A stretch of DNA of 64,000 nucleotides from Octopus sinensis. Its lineage: Eukaryota. The DNA lies in contig NC_043005.1 in assembly GCF_006345805.1 (NCBI RefSeq), forward strand, positions 89,590,001 to 89,654,000, in the 5' to 3' direction. Positions within the stretch are counted from its first letter, which is position 1. Each line of letters opens with the position of its first letter. Below the pieces are notes generated by a model. That model was not told the DNA's origin and did not search any database. It saw nothing but the letters and a program-made list of their open reading frames with translations. Shown one piece after another: positions 26,828-38,878 of this stretch. Both the position numbers and the translations under genes were made by a program.

Positions 26828-28244
26828 GGTGTTTTTTATGTGCCACTGGCATTGGTGCCAGTTACGTGGCACCAGCATCAGCCACGACTACGATTTCACT
26901 TGGCTTGACAGGTCCTTTCAAGTGCAGTATATCGCCAAAGGTCTCGTTTATAGTCATTGCCTCTGTGAAGCTCAAAGTTCAAAGATCATGCTTCACCACC
27001 TTGTCCCATGTCTTCCTGGGTCTACCTCTACTACAGGTTCCCTCCACAGTTACAGATCTTCACAGCCGTCTTTGACCATATGTATCACATGACCATACCT
27101 CTTATTTTCAACTTTTCTCTCAAGATGCTTTCTCTCTGTCAAACATGTACACTGACATTGCACATCCAGCGAAGCATACTGGCTTCGTTCCTTTCAAGCC
27201 TATGCATGTCTTCGGCTGTCACAGCCCATGTTTCATTGTCATGTTGCATAGCTGTTTGCACACAGGCATCATATAATCTGCCTTTCACTCTGACAGAGAG
27301 GCCCTTTGTTGCCAGCAGGGGTAAGAGCTCCGTGAACTTTGCCCAGCTGAATATTTGTCTCACAACTATGCTCACAGAGCATCCACCTCTAATTAGGAGC
27401 ATCCACTACTAACTTGGTCACCTAGATAACGGAAGAGATCTTCTACATCTAGCTTGTCCCCCGGGCAGTTGATGGAGTCTATTTTCTGCACATCTTCAGT
27501 GTTTATTGTACCTGTGCATCTTCCACATATAAAAGCTAGTTTCCCTGTTAACCTTCCTTTGATATTGCTGCACCTTTTATGTGTCCAAAGCTTACACTGG
27601 GTGCATCTTATGGAGTTTCTACCTATGTCTTTTCTACAGATCGAGCAGTGTGTCTCCCTGATAGGATTTGTGATTTGCATGCCTTCCTACTTACTAAGAT
27701 TTTGGTTAACTCTAAGGCCCTTCAATTCTAGACCTTGCTTCCATACCTGGAACTTCTTGTCTAGTTTAGATAGTGATTTGGCTATAAGAGCAAGATCATC
27801 AGCATTGAGTAGTTCCCAGGGGCAGCCTGTCTTGAATTCCTCTGTTATTGCCTGGAGGACTATGATGAACAAGAGGGGGCTGAGCACTGTAACCTGACTT
27901 CTTCCCTGTACTCATTACTAACCCTCACCTTACTGCTAGCATCCCTGCACATGGCTTGTACAGCTCTCACCAACCACTTATCTATCCCTGGTTTCCTCAT
28001 TGACCACCAGATAAGGTATTGGAGACCCTGTCAAATGCTTTCTCCAAGTCAACAAAGGCCAAGTACAGAGGTTTATCTTTGGCTAGGTATTTCTTCTGAA
28101 GTTGTCTTACCAGAAATATAGCCTCAGTGGTGCTTCTCCCTGGCACAAAGCCAGAATGCTCCTCATCTAAACTAACCGTCTCCCTAATTAGTTGGGCTTA
28201 TGACCCTCTCCACAACTTTCATCACCTGATCCAACAATTTGATC
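26828..28244 (-). mobile_element. RTE LINE remnant (RT with embedded C4HC3 finger, C-terminal region, start of 3' UTR), frameshifted
   Basis: Minus ORFs 27687-27887 (LSPLLFIIVLQA...ELLNADDLAL), 27393-27680 and 27139-27402; upstream sequence encodes AFVDLEKAFD. Confidence 0.9.
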
Positions 28245-28547
28245 TATACAATGATGGTTATGAAGTCATCTCTCAACAAAGATGACGTGTCAGTGTTCTG
28301 TAATTACTTGCTGAATGCCCTGCACGAATGATTTGTTTGTCGTGATCAGATGCATGTGATGTGCATTAGCTCACTCTCTCGATCAAAATGACATTGCTTG
28401 CACAGGTGCATAACTGTATGTTGTGTCAGATGTTGAAATGATTGCAGAGCAATGTGAAAATGAAGTGTATTGTCCAAGAACACAATGTGCTGCCCAACTT
28501 TGAGTGCAAAATACTAACCACTATATACATATGCATGCAGGTATATA

Positions 28548-28930
28548 TTGGTGCACGCATGTGTGTAGGGTTAGGGTTGAAGCTTTCTTCCCAACCACAT
28601 GGTTCTGGGTTCAGTCCCACTGCGTGGCACCTTGGGCAAGTGTCTTCTTCTATAGCTTCGGGCCGACGAAAGCCTTGTGAGTGGATTTGGTAGGTGGAAA
28701 CTGGAAGAAGCCTGTCGTATATATATGTATATATTTGCCACCCTGCCATCGATTAACTGATGCTGGTGTGTTTACATCTCCGTAACTTAGCGGCTCAGCA
28801 AAAGAGACTGATCAAATAAGTACTCGGCTTACGAAGCATAAGTTGTGGGGTTGATTTCTTCGACTAACACCCTTCAAGAATGTGCTCCAGCATGGCCACA
28901 ATTAAATATCTGAAACAGGTATAAGAATAA
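28548..28930 (+). mobile_element. SINE group A copy
   Basis: ccaaccacatggttctgggttcagtcccactgcgtggcacc. Confidence 0.8.
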
Positions 28931-29195
28931 TATAAATATAATTTAATGTACGCTGTATTAAAATATGAGCCTGTAATAATAGTTTGTTGCTGTGGAGACC
29001 TGGTTAGGCAGGTTTTACATCGATGGCAAGAAACTATAAGTAACTCTTATTTTAAATTAGTGTATATTGATATTTATTTCTCATTGGATTGAGTCCTTTT
29101 TGTGTTGATCTTACCTTAATGGAACAGTAAACTGTGTGTGTGTCTACAAATCTGCATTCACAAATGTTTTAATTAAATCTTGTCTTCTTTTCCAG

Positions 29196-29272
29196 TATGG
29201 TTTCAACTTAGTAATTGCTCATAAACATGCCATCAACTGCATAGCACTTAGTCTTAATCATAGAAGTTTACG
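29196..29272 (+). CDS. FMNL: FMNL exon: [25 protein letters not shown](R)
   Basis: Acceptor cttttccag, donor CG|gtgagt; 77 nt. Confidence 0.95.
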
Positions 29273-29694
29273 GTGAGTGAATTTACTCAATGATTTGTTT
29301 CACCTTTTTTTTTTTTTTAATCATTCACTTAGTCTTCTGTAAAACTAAATAATAATAATAATAAATCTTGGTAAATGTAAAGCAATATTTAGATTGAATT
29401 AACCATTCAACTGTGAAGTGAGGGAACTTTACATTTGGACAATTAACTTCAGAAAGAGGAACTTTGGCTTTGAAAATTACAAAGAAATTTCAGATACTTT
29501 TGAGACCATCATATATCTTAGGAAAATTGCAGATTTTTAAACTATTGTAAACTTTAAAACTGTTGCAAAAAAAAAAAAAGGAATTTTATGGTTTTTTGTG
29601 GTGCTTGTTCAGTTTAATTATATATTCTTTTAAAATTTATATTTTAGTAAAAGAATATAAAAATCTATTGTTTTTTCTCTCTCTCTATTTACAG

Positions 29695-29788
29695 AACCAA
29701 AGCTTTAGTATTAGAATTACTTGCTGCTGTATGTCTAGTCAGTGGAGGGCATGAAATAATTCTTTCAGCATTTGACAATTTTAAAGAG
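29695..29788 (+). CDS. FMNL: FMNL exon: [31 protein letters not shown]
   Basis: Acceptor tatttacag, donor GAG|gtaaga; 94 nt. Confidence 0.95.
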
Positions 29789-30615
29789 GTAAGAATGGGA
29801 TTTAAAAAAAGTATTTTTATTCTCATTTTGGCAGGCTTTTAATTTGTCATATTTTTATTTATTTGATTATTAATTTGAGAAGTGATGTGGGTAGTATTAT
29901 GACTTTTGTAAGACTAATGAGAAAAGTTCTAGAATGGTTCCTTAACCAATTATCTAATCTCGGTCTCTCAGTCAAATGATGTTTTAATTTTCCAAGAATT
30001 TCCTTTCTATTGACAGTGAGATTGTCAGTCCAGAAATAGGGTTATCATGTCAGTCAGTTGTGTTGGCCACACTTCTATAAATAGTCTTCACTGTGGCTAC
30101 TGGAACCATATCTTTTTGGAAACTGCATAACTCTGGGAGGATTTAAAAGAAATGCACAAGGAAGTAAACTTCCAAGTAGAGAATTGAAACTTTTTTCTCG
30201 AAACCAATTTTAATTGCTTTAATCTTTCCTTGTTAACTGGAGTTATGGTGGTATTTTTTGACTACCCAATTATTAGAGCTGGGCTGTTGACCACAAGGTC
30301 CTGAGTTCAAATCTTGGTACATATTACTCTTTTTATCCCAGTTTACTTCATAATATTCCTAAATCATTGTTGGATCTTCCAATAGTTTTATAATATCCAC
30401 TCTGCAGACTTATCTCTCCAAAGTCTGTATGTTAAAACTGGGATGGTTGTATGTCTAAGTGTATTATGAAGACTTCTGGAAGTTAAGGAAGAAAAAATGG
30501 TAACAGACTAAGTATATGTAACTGAAGTTTTGATAAATTTAATTCCTATTTCTAAAAGCTCTGTTCCTGACTTTGGTATATCACTTGTTTTGACTGAAGA
30601 ATTTTGTTGTTTTAG

Positions 30616-30693
30616 GTTTGTAATGAACGGCATCGTTTTGATACGTTGATGGAGTACTTTAGAAATTATGAAGAATTTCATATAGACTTCATG
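30616..30693 (+). CDS. FMNL: FMNL exon: [26 protein letters not shown]
   Basis: Acceptor gttttag, donor ATG|gtaagt; 78 nt. Confidence 0.95.
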
Positions 30694-30763
30694 GTAAGTA
30701 GTTTCCTTATTTTCTTTTGCTCTCTCTCTCTGCTTTTATCTGTGTACCTTTCTGTCTGTGAAG

Positions 30764-31045
30764 ATGGTTAGGAAATTTTTTGTTCGGAATCGTAAAGTTG
30801 TGAGTTCAATTCCCAGCGATGCATTGTGTCCTTGAGCAAGACACTTCATTTCACTTTGCTCTAGTCCACTCAGCTGGCAAAAATTGAGTCATACATGTAT
30901 TTAAAAAGTGCCAGCTTTGTCACATTCAGCGTCATGGTGAATCTCCTTTAGAACTATGTTGAGGGCACACGTGTCTGTGGAATACTCAGCCACTTGCACA
31001 TTAATTTTGATTGCATCAACCGGAACCCTTGTCTTTATAACCAAC
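30764..31045 (+). mobile_element. SINE group C copy
   Basis: gagttcaattccc B box; gtccttgagcaagacact; cagccacttgcacattaatt. Confidence 0.7.
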
Positions 31046-31329
31046 TGAGTGCCAGTTTATCTATTTACCAGCCAGCCAGCTATTGGAAGAATTATTAGAG
31101 CAGGGGATTGTATGTCTGGTGGTGTTCATTCCAGTTCATTGTATTCTGAGACCAACTTTAACATTCATCTTTTGGAAGGGTCAATAAAAAAAATAACCTG
31201 GGACAAAAATGTGAAAAATAGCAAATATAAATTAATAGGGGCAGCTATGTATGGCATCTGTTTCTGTCCCTTTGGCATACTATAACCTTTCATCAACTGG
31301 CATAAAGCCACTTCCCTCTCAGTTGAGGG

Positions 31330-31535
31330 GATCTTGTTTTGCAAGTTGTTGATCTCACTGGTGTTGGTGCCATGTAAAAATATCCCATACACCCTGTAAA
31401 GTGGTTGGGGTTAGGAAGGGCGTCCAGCCATAGAGACCATGCCAAAATAGACATTGGCACTTGGTGCAGTCTTCTGGCTTGCCAGCTCCTGCTGAACTGT
31501 CCAACTCATACGAGCATGGAAAAGGGGAAACGAGA
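31330..31535 (+). mobile_element. RTE 3' tail fragment
   Basis: ttaggaagggcgtccagcc. Confidence 0.65.
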
Positions 31536-31755
31536 ACAAATGAATTTATCTGCTGGAGAATGGCATAATTTGGAGCAGACGTTTTGGTGATGGTTGTGGG
31601 GAGAGAGAGAGAGAGAAACATGGTGGAAGTAGAAAGAGCGGAACCAGACAAATAGAGATAAGCAAATATGAAATTGTATTGAAAGGAAAATAAAAGTTGA
31701 AAAAAAGAAAAAAAAATTTTTCTTTGCCTGACATAAATTCACAATGAAATATTAA

Positions 31756-32129
31756 TAACAAGAGCACTCGGAGAGCGTAAACCTCCGCCAAGGCAACACC
31801 ATTTTCCTCTCAATGATTAGCCGGAGATGATTTTTGAAATGAGAATATCTGAAAATGAACTCGACTGCTCTCATAAACAAGAATACTAAAAATGAACCTG
31901 ACTGCTCTCAAAAATTAAGTAAAAAACAGGAAAAATAACCCAGAATCCTTGCCTGGTACCAGATCAATCCCAAAATCTAATCAGTTTGTGCCAGTCACAA
32001 GGCCAAACATCTCTGAAAGTTTCATCTGAATCCATTCAGTGGTTCTTGAGATATCTTGTCCACAGACAAACAAACAAACAAACACGACTGAAAACAATAC
32101 CTCTGCCTTTGTTAAGGTGGAGGTCATAA
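31756..32129 (+). mobile_element. Helentron-associated (HINE/DINE-like) non-autonomous element
   Basis: 5' ACCTCCGCC (31781-31789); 3' hairpin ACCTCTGCC-tttgttaa-GGTGGAGGT (32099-32124); (CAAA)n before the hairpin; short internal tandem repeat. Confidence 0.6.
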
Positions 32130-32677
32130 GGATTATTAATATTGATGTATTGAAAAATGTAGCTTTTAGTTTGTTTTTTTTTTGTTTTCATTTGCTAATT
32201 ATAAACATCTTTATAGTTTTATTTATTTTTTTATTGTTTCTGCAGTTGTTCAGCTCCGGTTTGTAAAAATCAATTAGTTATTTAGAATAAATACAGAATG
32301 GTTTGACACCAGGTGAATTTCCCACAGAATCAGTATTGTCGAATCACTGGTGCTCTACTTCTAGCACCAAATTGCCAGTCCCAGGACATTTCTAATCTGG
32401 AGTAATTGTTGACATTGGTTCAATTTTTGGTGAATGTAAAAGTCTTTGAAAGAAGTTTAAAGAATCCAGAATGTCTAACAACCTTAATATTCTGAGAAAT
32501 ATTAGCTTATAATTAATTTATCAAATATTTGCTAAAATGTATTTATTTCTATTGGATATGGAATATCCTGTATGACATTCTAATTTTGGTTTTTACTCTG
32601 TAATTTAGATTTTCACTCTAATTTAGATGTTTTTACATTTGATTTTAATATCTAAATTTTTGATTTTTCTGTTTTAG

Positions 32678-32788
32678 GTTGCTTGTATGCAGTTTGTGAA
32701 TATAGTCGTACATTCTGTCGACAACATGAACTTCAGGGTCCATTTACAGCATGAGTTCACTCAAATAGGAATGGATGACTATTTAGAG
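32678..32788 (+). CDS. FMNL: FMNL exon (FH3): [37 protein letters not shown]
   Basis: Acceptor ctgttttag, donor GAG|gtaacg; 111 nt. Confidence 0.95.
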
Positions 32789-32880
32789 GTAACGCCATTG
32801 ACCTTATTCTTTTACGATTGTTTACTGTGTAGCTGTAGCAGCTTGGTGCTTACTGTGGTGGATGGTATTTGTTGAAGATG

Positions 32881-33112
32881 GGCGGCGAGGTGGCAGAGTC
32901 GTTAGCACGCTGGGCGAAATGCTTAGCGGTATTTTGTCTGCTGTTACGTTCTGAGTTCAAATTCCGCCAAGGTCGACTTTGCCTTTCACCCTTTTGGGGG
33001 TCGATAAATTAAGTACCAGTTACGCACTGGGGTCAATGTAATCGACTTAATCCATTTGTCTGTCCTTGTTTGTCCCCTCTGTGTTTGGCCCCTTGTGGGT
33101 AGTAAAGAAATA
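32881..33112 (+). mobile_element. Young SINE group B copy with a 17-bp TSD
   Basis: GGTATTTGTTGAAGATG at 32864-32880 and 33113-33129. Confidence 0.9.
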
Positions 33113-33319
33113 GGTATTTGTTGAAGATGTTTATGGTTAGCCAAACTGGGTCATTGACACTCTGTCTACTGCTATTGCCTGGGTACAAATAGTTAACCTT
33201 TTAGCTATTAGGTTAACATTTTATCTACTCAACCAACTGTGACATTCAGTTCCTCAAAGTTAATTAAAATATAACGAGACTTTTTTCCTTTTTCATCTTG
33301 CTTGGTAAATGGTGACTCC

Positions 33320-33580
33320 ATTGGTGCTGGTGCCACAGGAAAAGCACCAGTGCTGGTGCTATGTAAAAAGCATCAGTGCTGGTGCCATGTAAAAAGTACT
33401 GGTGATGATGTCACATTAAAAGCACCCGGTACACTCTGTAAAATGGTTAGCAATAGGAAGGGCATCCAGCTGTAGAAACCATGCCAAAACAGACAATAGA
33501 GCTTAGTGTGGCTCCTGGCCTTGCCAGCTCCTGTCAAACTGTCCAACCCATGCCAGCATGGAAAATGGATGATGATGATA
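33320..33580 (+). mobile_element. RTE 3' tail fragment
   Basis: Repeated gtgctggtgc units, aggaagggcatccagctgtagaaacc, gatgatgat tail. Confidence 0.75.
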
Positions 33581-33928
33581 ATCAGTGTTTGTTAAGAACC
33601 AAATACAAGAGCGGTAACAAAGGTTTTGCCCTTTCTATTGCAACTCTACATAATGTGCTAGATGCATTTTCCAATGGCCCCAACATTAGAGAGGTTGAAT
33701 AAAGGGATCTCACAACCCTATGCATTCTGTGCTCATTTGCTGACCACTTTACTTGGGTGCTGCATGTATTTTCTGGTATCAGTACTAGAATCCTATAAAT
33801 AACAATTTGTCACTGTTTACCGATACAACATAAGGTTACCTTATACGGTAGGAATGTTTAAACTCTGTCCAATATTTCCCAAGTTCATGTGCTAAGAATG
33901 ACTGGAAATGTTCTTTGTTTATTTGCAG

Positions 33929-34078
33929 AGATTGAAAAACACAGAAAGTGATAGGTTGGCTGTGCAGGTTCACGCCTACTTGGACAATATGATTGATGTA
34001 GCTCAACTGCTGGAGGATTCAGAAACGAAAACAGATGCTTTGGAGAAAGTAGCTGAACTTGAAGAAGAGTTGTCTCAT
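33929..34078 (+). CDS. FMNL: FMNL exon (FH3 to coiled coil): [20 protein letters not shown]...ELEEELSH
   Basis: Acceptor atttgcag, donor CAT|gtaagt; 150 nt. Confidence 0.95.
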
Positions 34079-34429
34079 GTAAGTAACCGTTTCTTTGTTG
34101 ATTCAGTTTTTAACTGATTATTATTTGTAGACTACCTTCTACCATTTCTAATATGACAATTATGGGTCATAAAAATTCATTTTATGTGATGAATGATTTG
34201 CTCCTTAAATACAATAACTTCTTTTCAATTTTTGAAAATAATGAAGAATTTAGCAAAATAACTTTGTCATTATTTGGCTATTGTTTAGCACGTAGGCTAG
34301 CATGAAATTCTGTTGGAAGGTTCTGATTTTGATCATTTTAAAACGGGGAAGTTTGTACCATTGAACTAGAAATAGTCTCAGACAGGTTGGTGTTGAAAGG
34401 GTCAAGAGAAACGAGAGTGTGCTCCGCAC

Positions 34430-34650
34430 TGTTATGGCCACTCTTCCTGGCCATCAACCATTTTCAGTAGCTGTTTTTTCTTGTCTTTGTTTTGGTCAGT
34501 CCAGATCCTTTCACTACATCATCCAGCTATGATGCTGTTTTCTTCTATTTGATATACCTTCTCTTGGACTGTCTACATGATAAACCTTCAACTGTACCTT
34601 TTGTTATATCCTTATGGGAACCAACTAATGGAACCTTTGACCAAAGTAGT
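34430..34650 (-). mobile_element. Old RTE-like LINE C-terminal remnant
   Basis: Weak minus-strand translation KGTVEG...WLDDVVKGSGL; heavily decayed. Confidence 0.35.
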
Positions 34651-35324
34651 TTAGTTTTCTGGTTATAATCTATGACTGCAGAACAAAATCCTGAATAGTC
34701 ATTATTGTTCTGTTTTCACCAATTGGTGTTTCGGGTTAATTGGTCAGTTATTGTTGTTATCCATGGAAGTTGGAGTATTTCTTGCTGTCCTTAAGCCTCT
34801 AAAACAGCTATTGTGTTGTTGCATCTCATAATTACGATGGCACCTGTTCTGGTTTGTGACTGTCTCAGTTTTAAACTAAGGTGTAAATTCTTGCTTCTCA
34901 AGTTCCTCATCAAAGTATTATGTGTTTCTGTTGACTGTGACTTAAACTCCTGTTCCTGGACTAGAAAAAAGTTGACTCCTTGATTGGAACAATGTACTAA
35001 TCTCCTATCAGATGGAATCTATCAAAAAGGCTGTGAAAGATCTGAAAAGATCTTTGAGAAGGTGTGTAGAAATAGAACAGAGAAAGAATTCTAAGAATAT
35101 ATTCCAATTAGTAAGGAATGTAGCAGTGGAATGGTCACCTGTAGAAGACCTTGACATCAAAGACATTGATCTGAGAGAATCCGATTCCATCAAGTGCAAA
35201 TAATCTCAAAACTGTGTAAATCTTAATAGTCTAAAATAAGAATTATAGGTATTAAACTTTATTGTAAAGTTTCTGAATTATAAGAAAATAACAAAAAAAT
35301 TATTTATTAAAATCTTTTTTTTAG

Positions 35325-35373
35325 ATGCATGAAAGATTACAAGAAGTTGAAGAAGAGGCCATGGCCAAAACAG
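35325..35373 (+). CDS. FMNL: FMNL exon (coiled coil): MHERLQEVEEEAMAKT(V)
   Basis: Acceptor tttttttag, donor CAG|gtgaga; 49 nt, phase 0 to 1. Confidence 0.9.
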
Positions 35374-35891
35374 GTGAGAGATGGCATTTTTCATAATTAT
35401 ATTTTCAGCTCATAAAAAAACAAAAATTAAAATAAATATATTTTTTTAATAGTTTTTTTTGTTTCATTCAAAAATTTGCCCCAAAACAATTTCATTTGTC
35501 ACCTTCTGTTTTATCAAGTCAGTGTTAATTAGATTCTACTCATTAATCTGTCTTCTGTATTCAATCTGTTCATAATTCCAGTGTTTTTGGTATGATTTTA
35601 TACCTGTTACTCTCTTCATATGTAGCTGATCATTCCAATGTTTACTGTATGTCTATGTAGTTACACAGTGGGTCTATACATTCTATATATTTATATAGTC
35701 ACTGTGTACATTCTATATAGTTTTGTAGTTAGCTTGTGCACTCTATATAGTTATATAGTAAGCATGTACAATCTATATTTACAGTCAGTGTGTACATTGT
35801 TATATTCTCTGTAGTCAATTTTTCGTATCCATAGTCTTGATTATAGAGTTAGTGTTTACTTCTGGTCAATATGTAGTTATATATATTTTAT

Positions 35892-37263
35892 AGGCAATAA
35901 CAGAGGAATTCAAGACAGGCTGCCCCTGGGTGCTCCTATATGATCATGACCTTGCTCTTGTAGCTGAATCACTACCAGAACTAGAAAAGTTTCAGGTGTG
36001 GAAGCAAGGTCTAGAATCAAAGGGCCTTAGAATCAATCTAGCTAAAACCAAAGCTTTTGTAAGTAGGAAGGCAGACAAATCACAGATTCTTTCAGGCCCT
36101 GCTTGATCAGTAGAAAAGGTGTAGATAGAAACTCCATAAGATGTACCTACTGTAAGCTATGGACACATATCAAAGGAAGGTTAACCAGGAAGATAATTTT
36201 CATGTGTGGCATATGCACAGGGGCAATAAACACTGAGAATGTGCAGAAAACAGATTCTATCACATGCCAGGAGGTAAAACTAGAAGTGGTTGATAGCTTC
36301 CATTACCTAGGTGACCAAGTTAGTAGTGGGGGTAGATGCTCTGAGAGTGTAGCTGCTAAAATAAGAATAGCCTGGACAAAGTTCAGAGAGTTCCTACCTC
36401 TGCTGGTAACAAAAGGCCTCTCACTCAGAGTGAAAGGTAGACTGTATGATGCATGTGTGCAAACAGCCATCCTACACAGCAGGGAAACATGGGTTGTGAC
36501 TGCTGAGGACATGCATAAGCTTGAAAGAAATGAAGCTAGTATGCTCTGCTGGATGTTTAATGTCAGTGTGCATACAAGACAGAGTGTAAGCACCCTGAGA
36601 GAAAAGTTGGACATAAGCATCAGATGTAGTGTGCAAGAGAGATGACATTGCTTCCACACCTGTAGCACACTGGTCATGTGCTACATATGGATGAGGACAG
36701 CTGTGTGAAGAAGTGTTACACCCTAACAATGAAGGTAACCTGTGGAAGAGGTAGATCCAGGAAGACTTGGGATGAGATGATGAAGCATGATCTTCAAATG
36801 TTGGGCCTCACAGAGGCAATGACAAACGACTAAAACCTTTGGAGATATGCTGTACTTGAGAAGACCTGGCAAGCCAAGTGAGAAGGTAGCCATGGCTAAT
36901 GCCATTGTTGCATAACCGGCTCGTTTTAAAGTACCCATCAGTCGTTGGGCAATATGATATGCTTAAGAAGACCTGTTGAGTCAAGTAAAATCATTGTTGT
37001 GGCTGACGCCAGTGCTGCCTGACTGGCTCATAAAAAGCACCATTCCAGTGTAGTTGATGCCAGGGCTGCCTGACTGGCTCCTGTGCTGGTGGCACGTAAA
37101 AAGCACCCACTACACTCAGAGTGGTTGGCATTAGGAAGGGCATCCAGCTGTAGAAACCTTGCCAAATCAGATTGGAGCCTGGTGCAGCCTCCTGGCTTGC
37201 CAGCCCTCAGTCAGATTGTCCAACCCATGCCAGCATGGAAAGCAGATGTTAAATGATGATGAT
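35892..37263 (+). mobile_element. RTE LINE, 5'-truncated, with a complete 3' UTR and (GAT)n tail
   Basis: ORF 36103-36645 (KLEVVDSFHYLG...KGRLYDACVQTAILHSRETW); contiguous with the tail repeat found throughout the window. Confidence 0.92.
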
Positions 37264-37291
37264 ACAATCATGTAGTCAATGTTGACAACTA

Positions 37292-37344
<53 letters not shown>

Positions 37345-37503
37345 GTAATACAATCAGTGTTTATCAATTTCTCTCTCTCCCTCTTTCCCTCTCTCTCTCT
37401 CTGTCTGTCTCTCTCTTTCTCTCTCTCACATAGTCATGAATTGATATCTAGTGAGTGTTGTTTACATGTTACTCAAAACTATTTTCCATCAATTTTTTTC
37501 CAG

Positions 37504-37556
37504 TTGAGTTGGAGAAGCAGTTATCTGAAGCAAATGAAGACTTGCAAGAAATCAGG
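37504..37556 (+). CDS. FMNL: FMNL exon (coiled coil): (V)ELEKQLSEANEDLQEIR
   Basis: Acceptor tttttccag, donor AGG|gtgagt; 53 nt. Confidence 0.9.
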
Positions 37557-38739
37557 GTGAGTTTATATCTTTGGTTGTTGGAATTTCCCAAATGTTGCAA
37601 CTACCTACTCCCCACCCCCAACCTCTCATTCCATTCTATTAGAAGTGAGGATCTATTTGAGTGAGATTCTATTTATCTAACAGGCATCCACTCTATTATT
37701 TCTGCCTAACCAATTCCGTAGACCTCTGGGCCACTGCAGTGGTGCCTCATGATTGCAAAGTAGACTTTTTAACCAGTCGACCATGTCTATGCTTGCATCT
37801 GTTTATACACACATCAATATCATTATGCTTTTATTAGCCTTTAGAAGCAAGTGCAGACAGATGGAGGAATTGCAGCTCAATTGGATGTCTGAAATTTGGT
37901 TTCAATGTCCTGAGCCTTGTCCAGATTTCATTTTAAAGCTGACAGTAGAAAAAAAAGAAAAAAAGGAGGGGTGTGGATTGTATACAAGTGCCACATTTTG
38001 TCACTCCCTGTTGTAGGTGTTGTATAATAAGGATGATTGGCAAAAATGTCCATGTTGCATCAGTTAATATCATAATAGCAATTATTATGTATTTGTGAGT
38101 CATTTTTCTTCTCATATCAAATCGAGAGAGTAAGGTTGACTTTATTCTCTGGGCAATGATAAATGTTCATAAATTTTATGCTTTGTGAATCTACTCAATC
38201 AAAAGGGAACTAATTCTGTCTCTTCTGCTTATGTGTGTCTATCTCTCTTTCATCTCTATATATATATATATATAAATAAATATATATGTGTGTGTGTGTG
38301 TGTGTGTAGTTAAAGATTGGAATATATGATATTACATTTCATTCTTTAGCTCTGTGCATTTTGACACTACAAGGAATATACATTTCATGAATAGGATTGT
38401 AAATGAATTTGTAATATTACAACATATTAATGTTAACTGTGTGCATATCCTCAGTCAAAAGTTTGACTGAGGAACCAGCTTGGATTTATTAACCCTGTCT
38501 TATCTGCTGTGTGTGTGCGTGCACACGCATATACTTGGCTGAACAAACAGAAGAATATGTTAATTTTTATAGAAGCCTTCATTCATTTATTTAAGGCTTC
38601 ATTCCTCACCAATCTGAGTTTCGTACTGTTTGAAGAACACTCAAAGAATAGAAAGCTTGGACTAGGAATGCAGTGTAAACACACAGACCCCCCCCCCTCA
38701 GTTCAGTATGTATAGTACATAATGCTTTCTCTATTTCAG

Positions 38740-38878
38740 GAACTTGCTCGTATCCAAGAACATGAAATGAATACCTTACGAAAAGTAGTGAATGAAAAAG
38801 ATGAGGAATCAAGGAAACGGCAAAGTCTTTTGGATGCTAAACTTCAAGAACTAGAACTGATTAAACAAAATCTCGAAG
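38740..38878 (+). CDS. FMNL: FMNL exon (coiled coil): ELARIQEHEMNTLRK...LELIKQNLE
   Basis: Acceptor ctatttcag, donor AAG|gtttgt; 139 nt, ends in phase 1. Confidence 0.9.
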
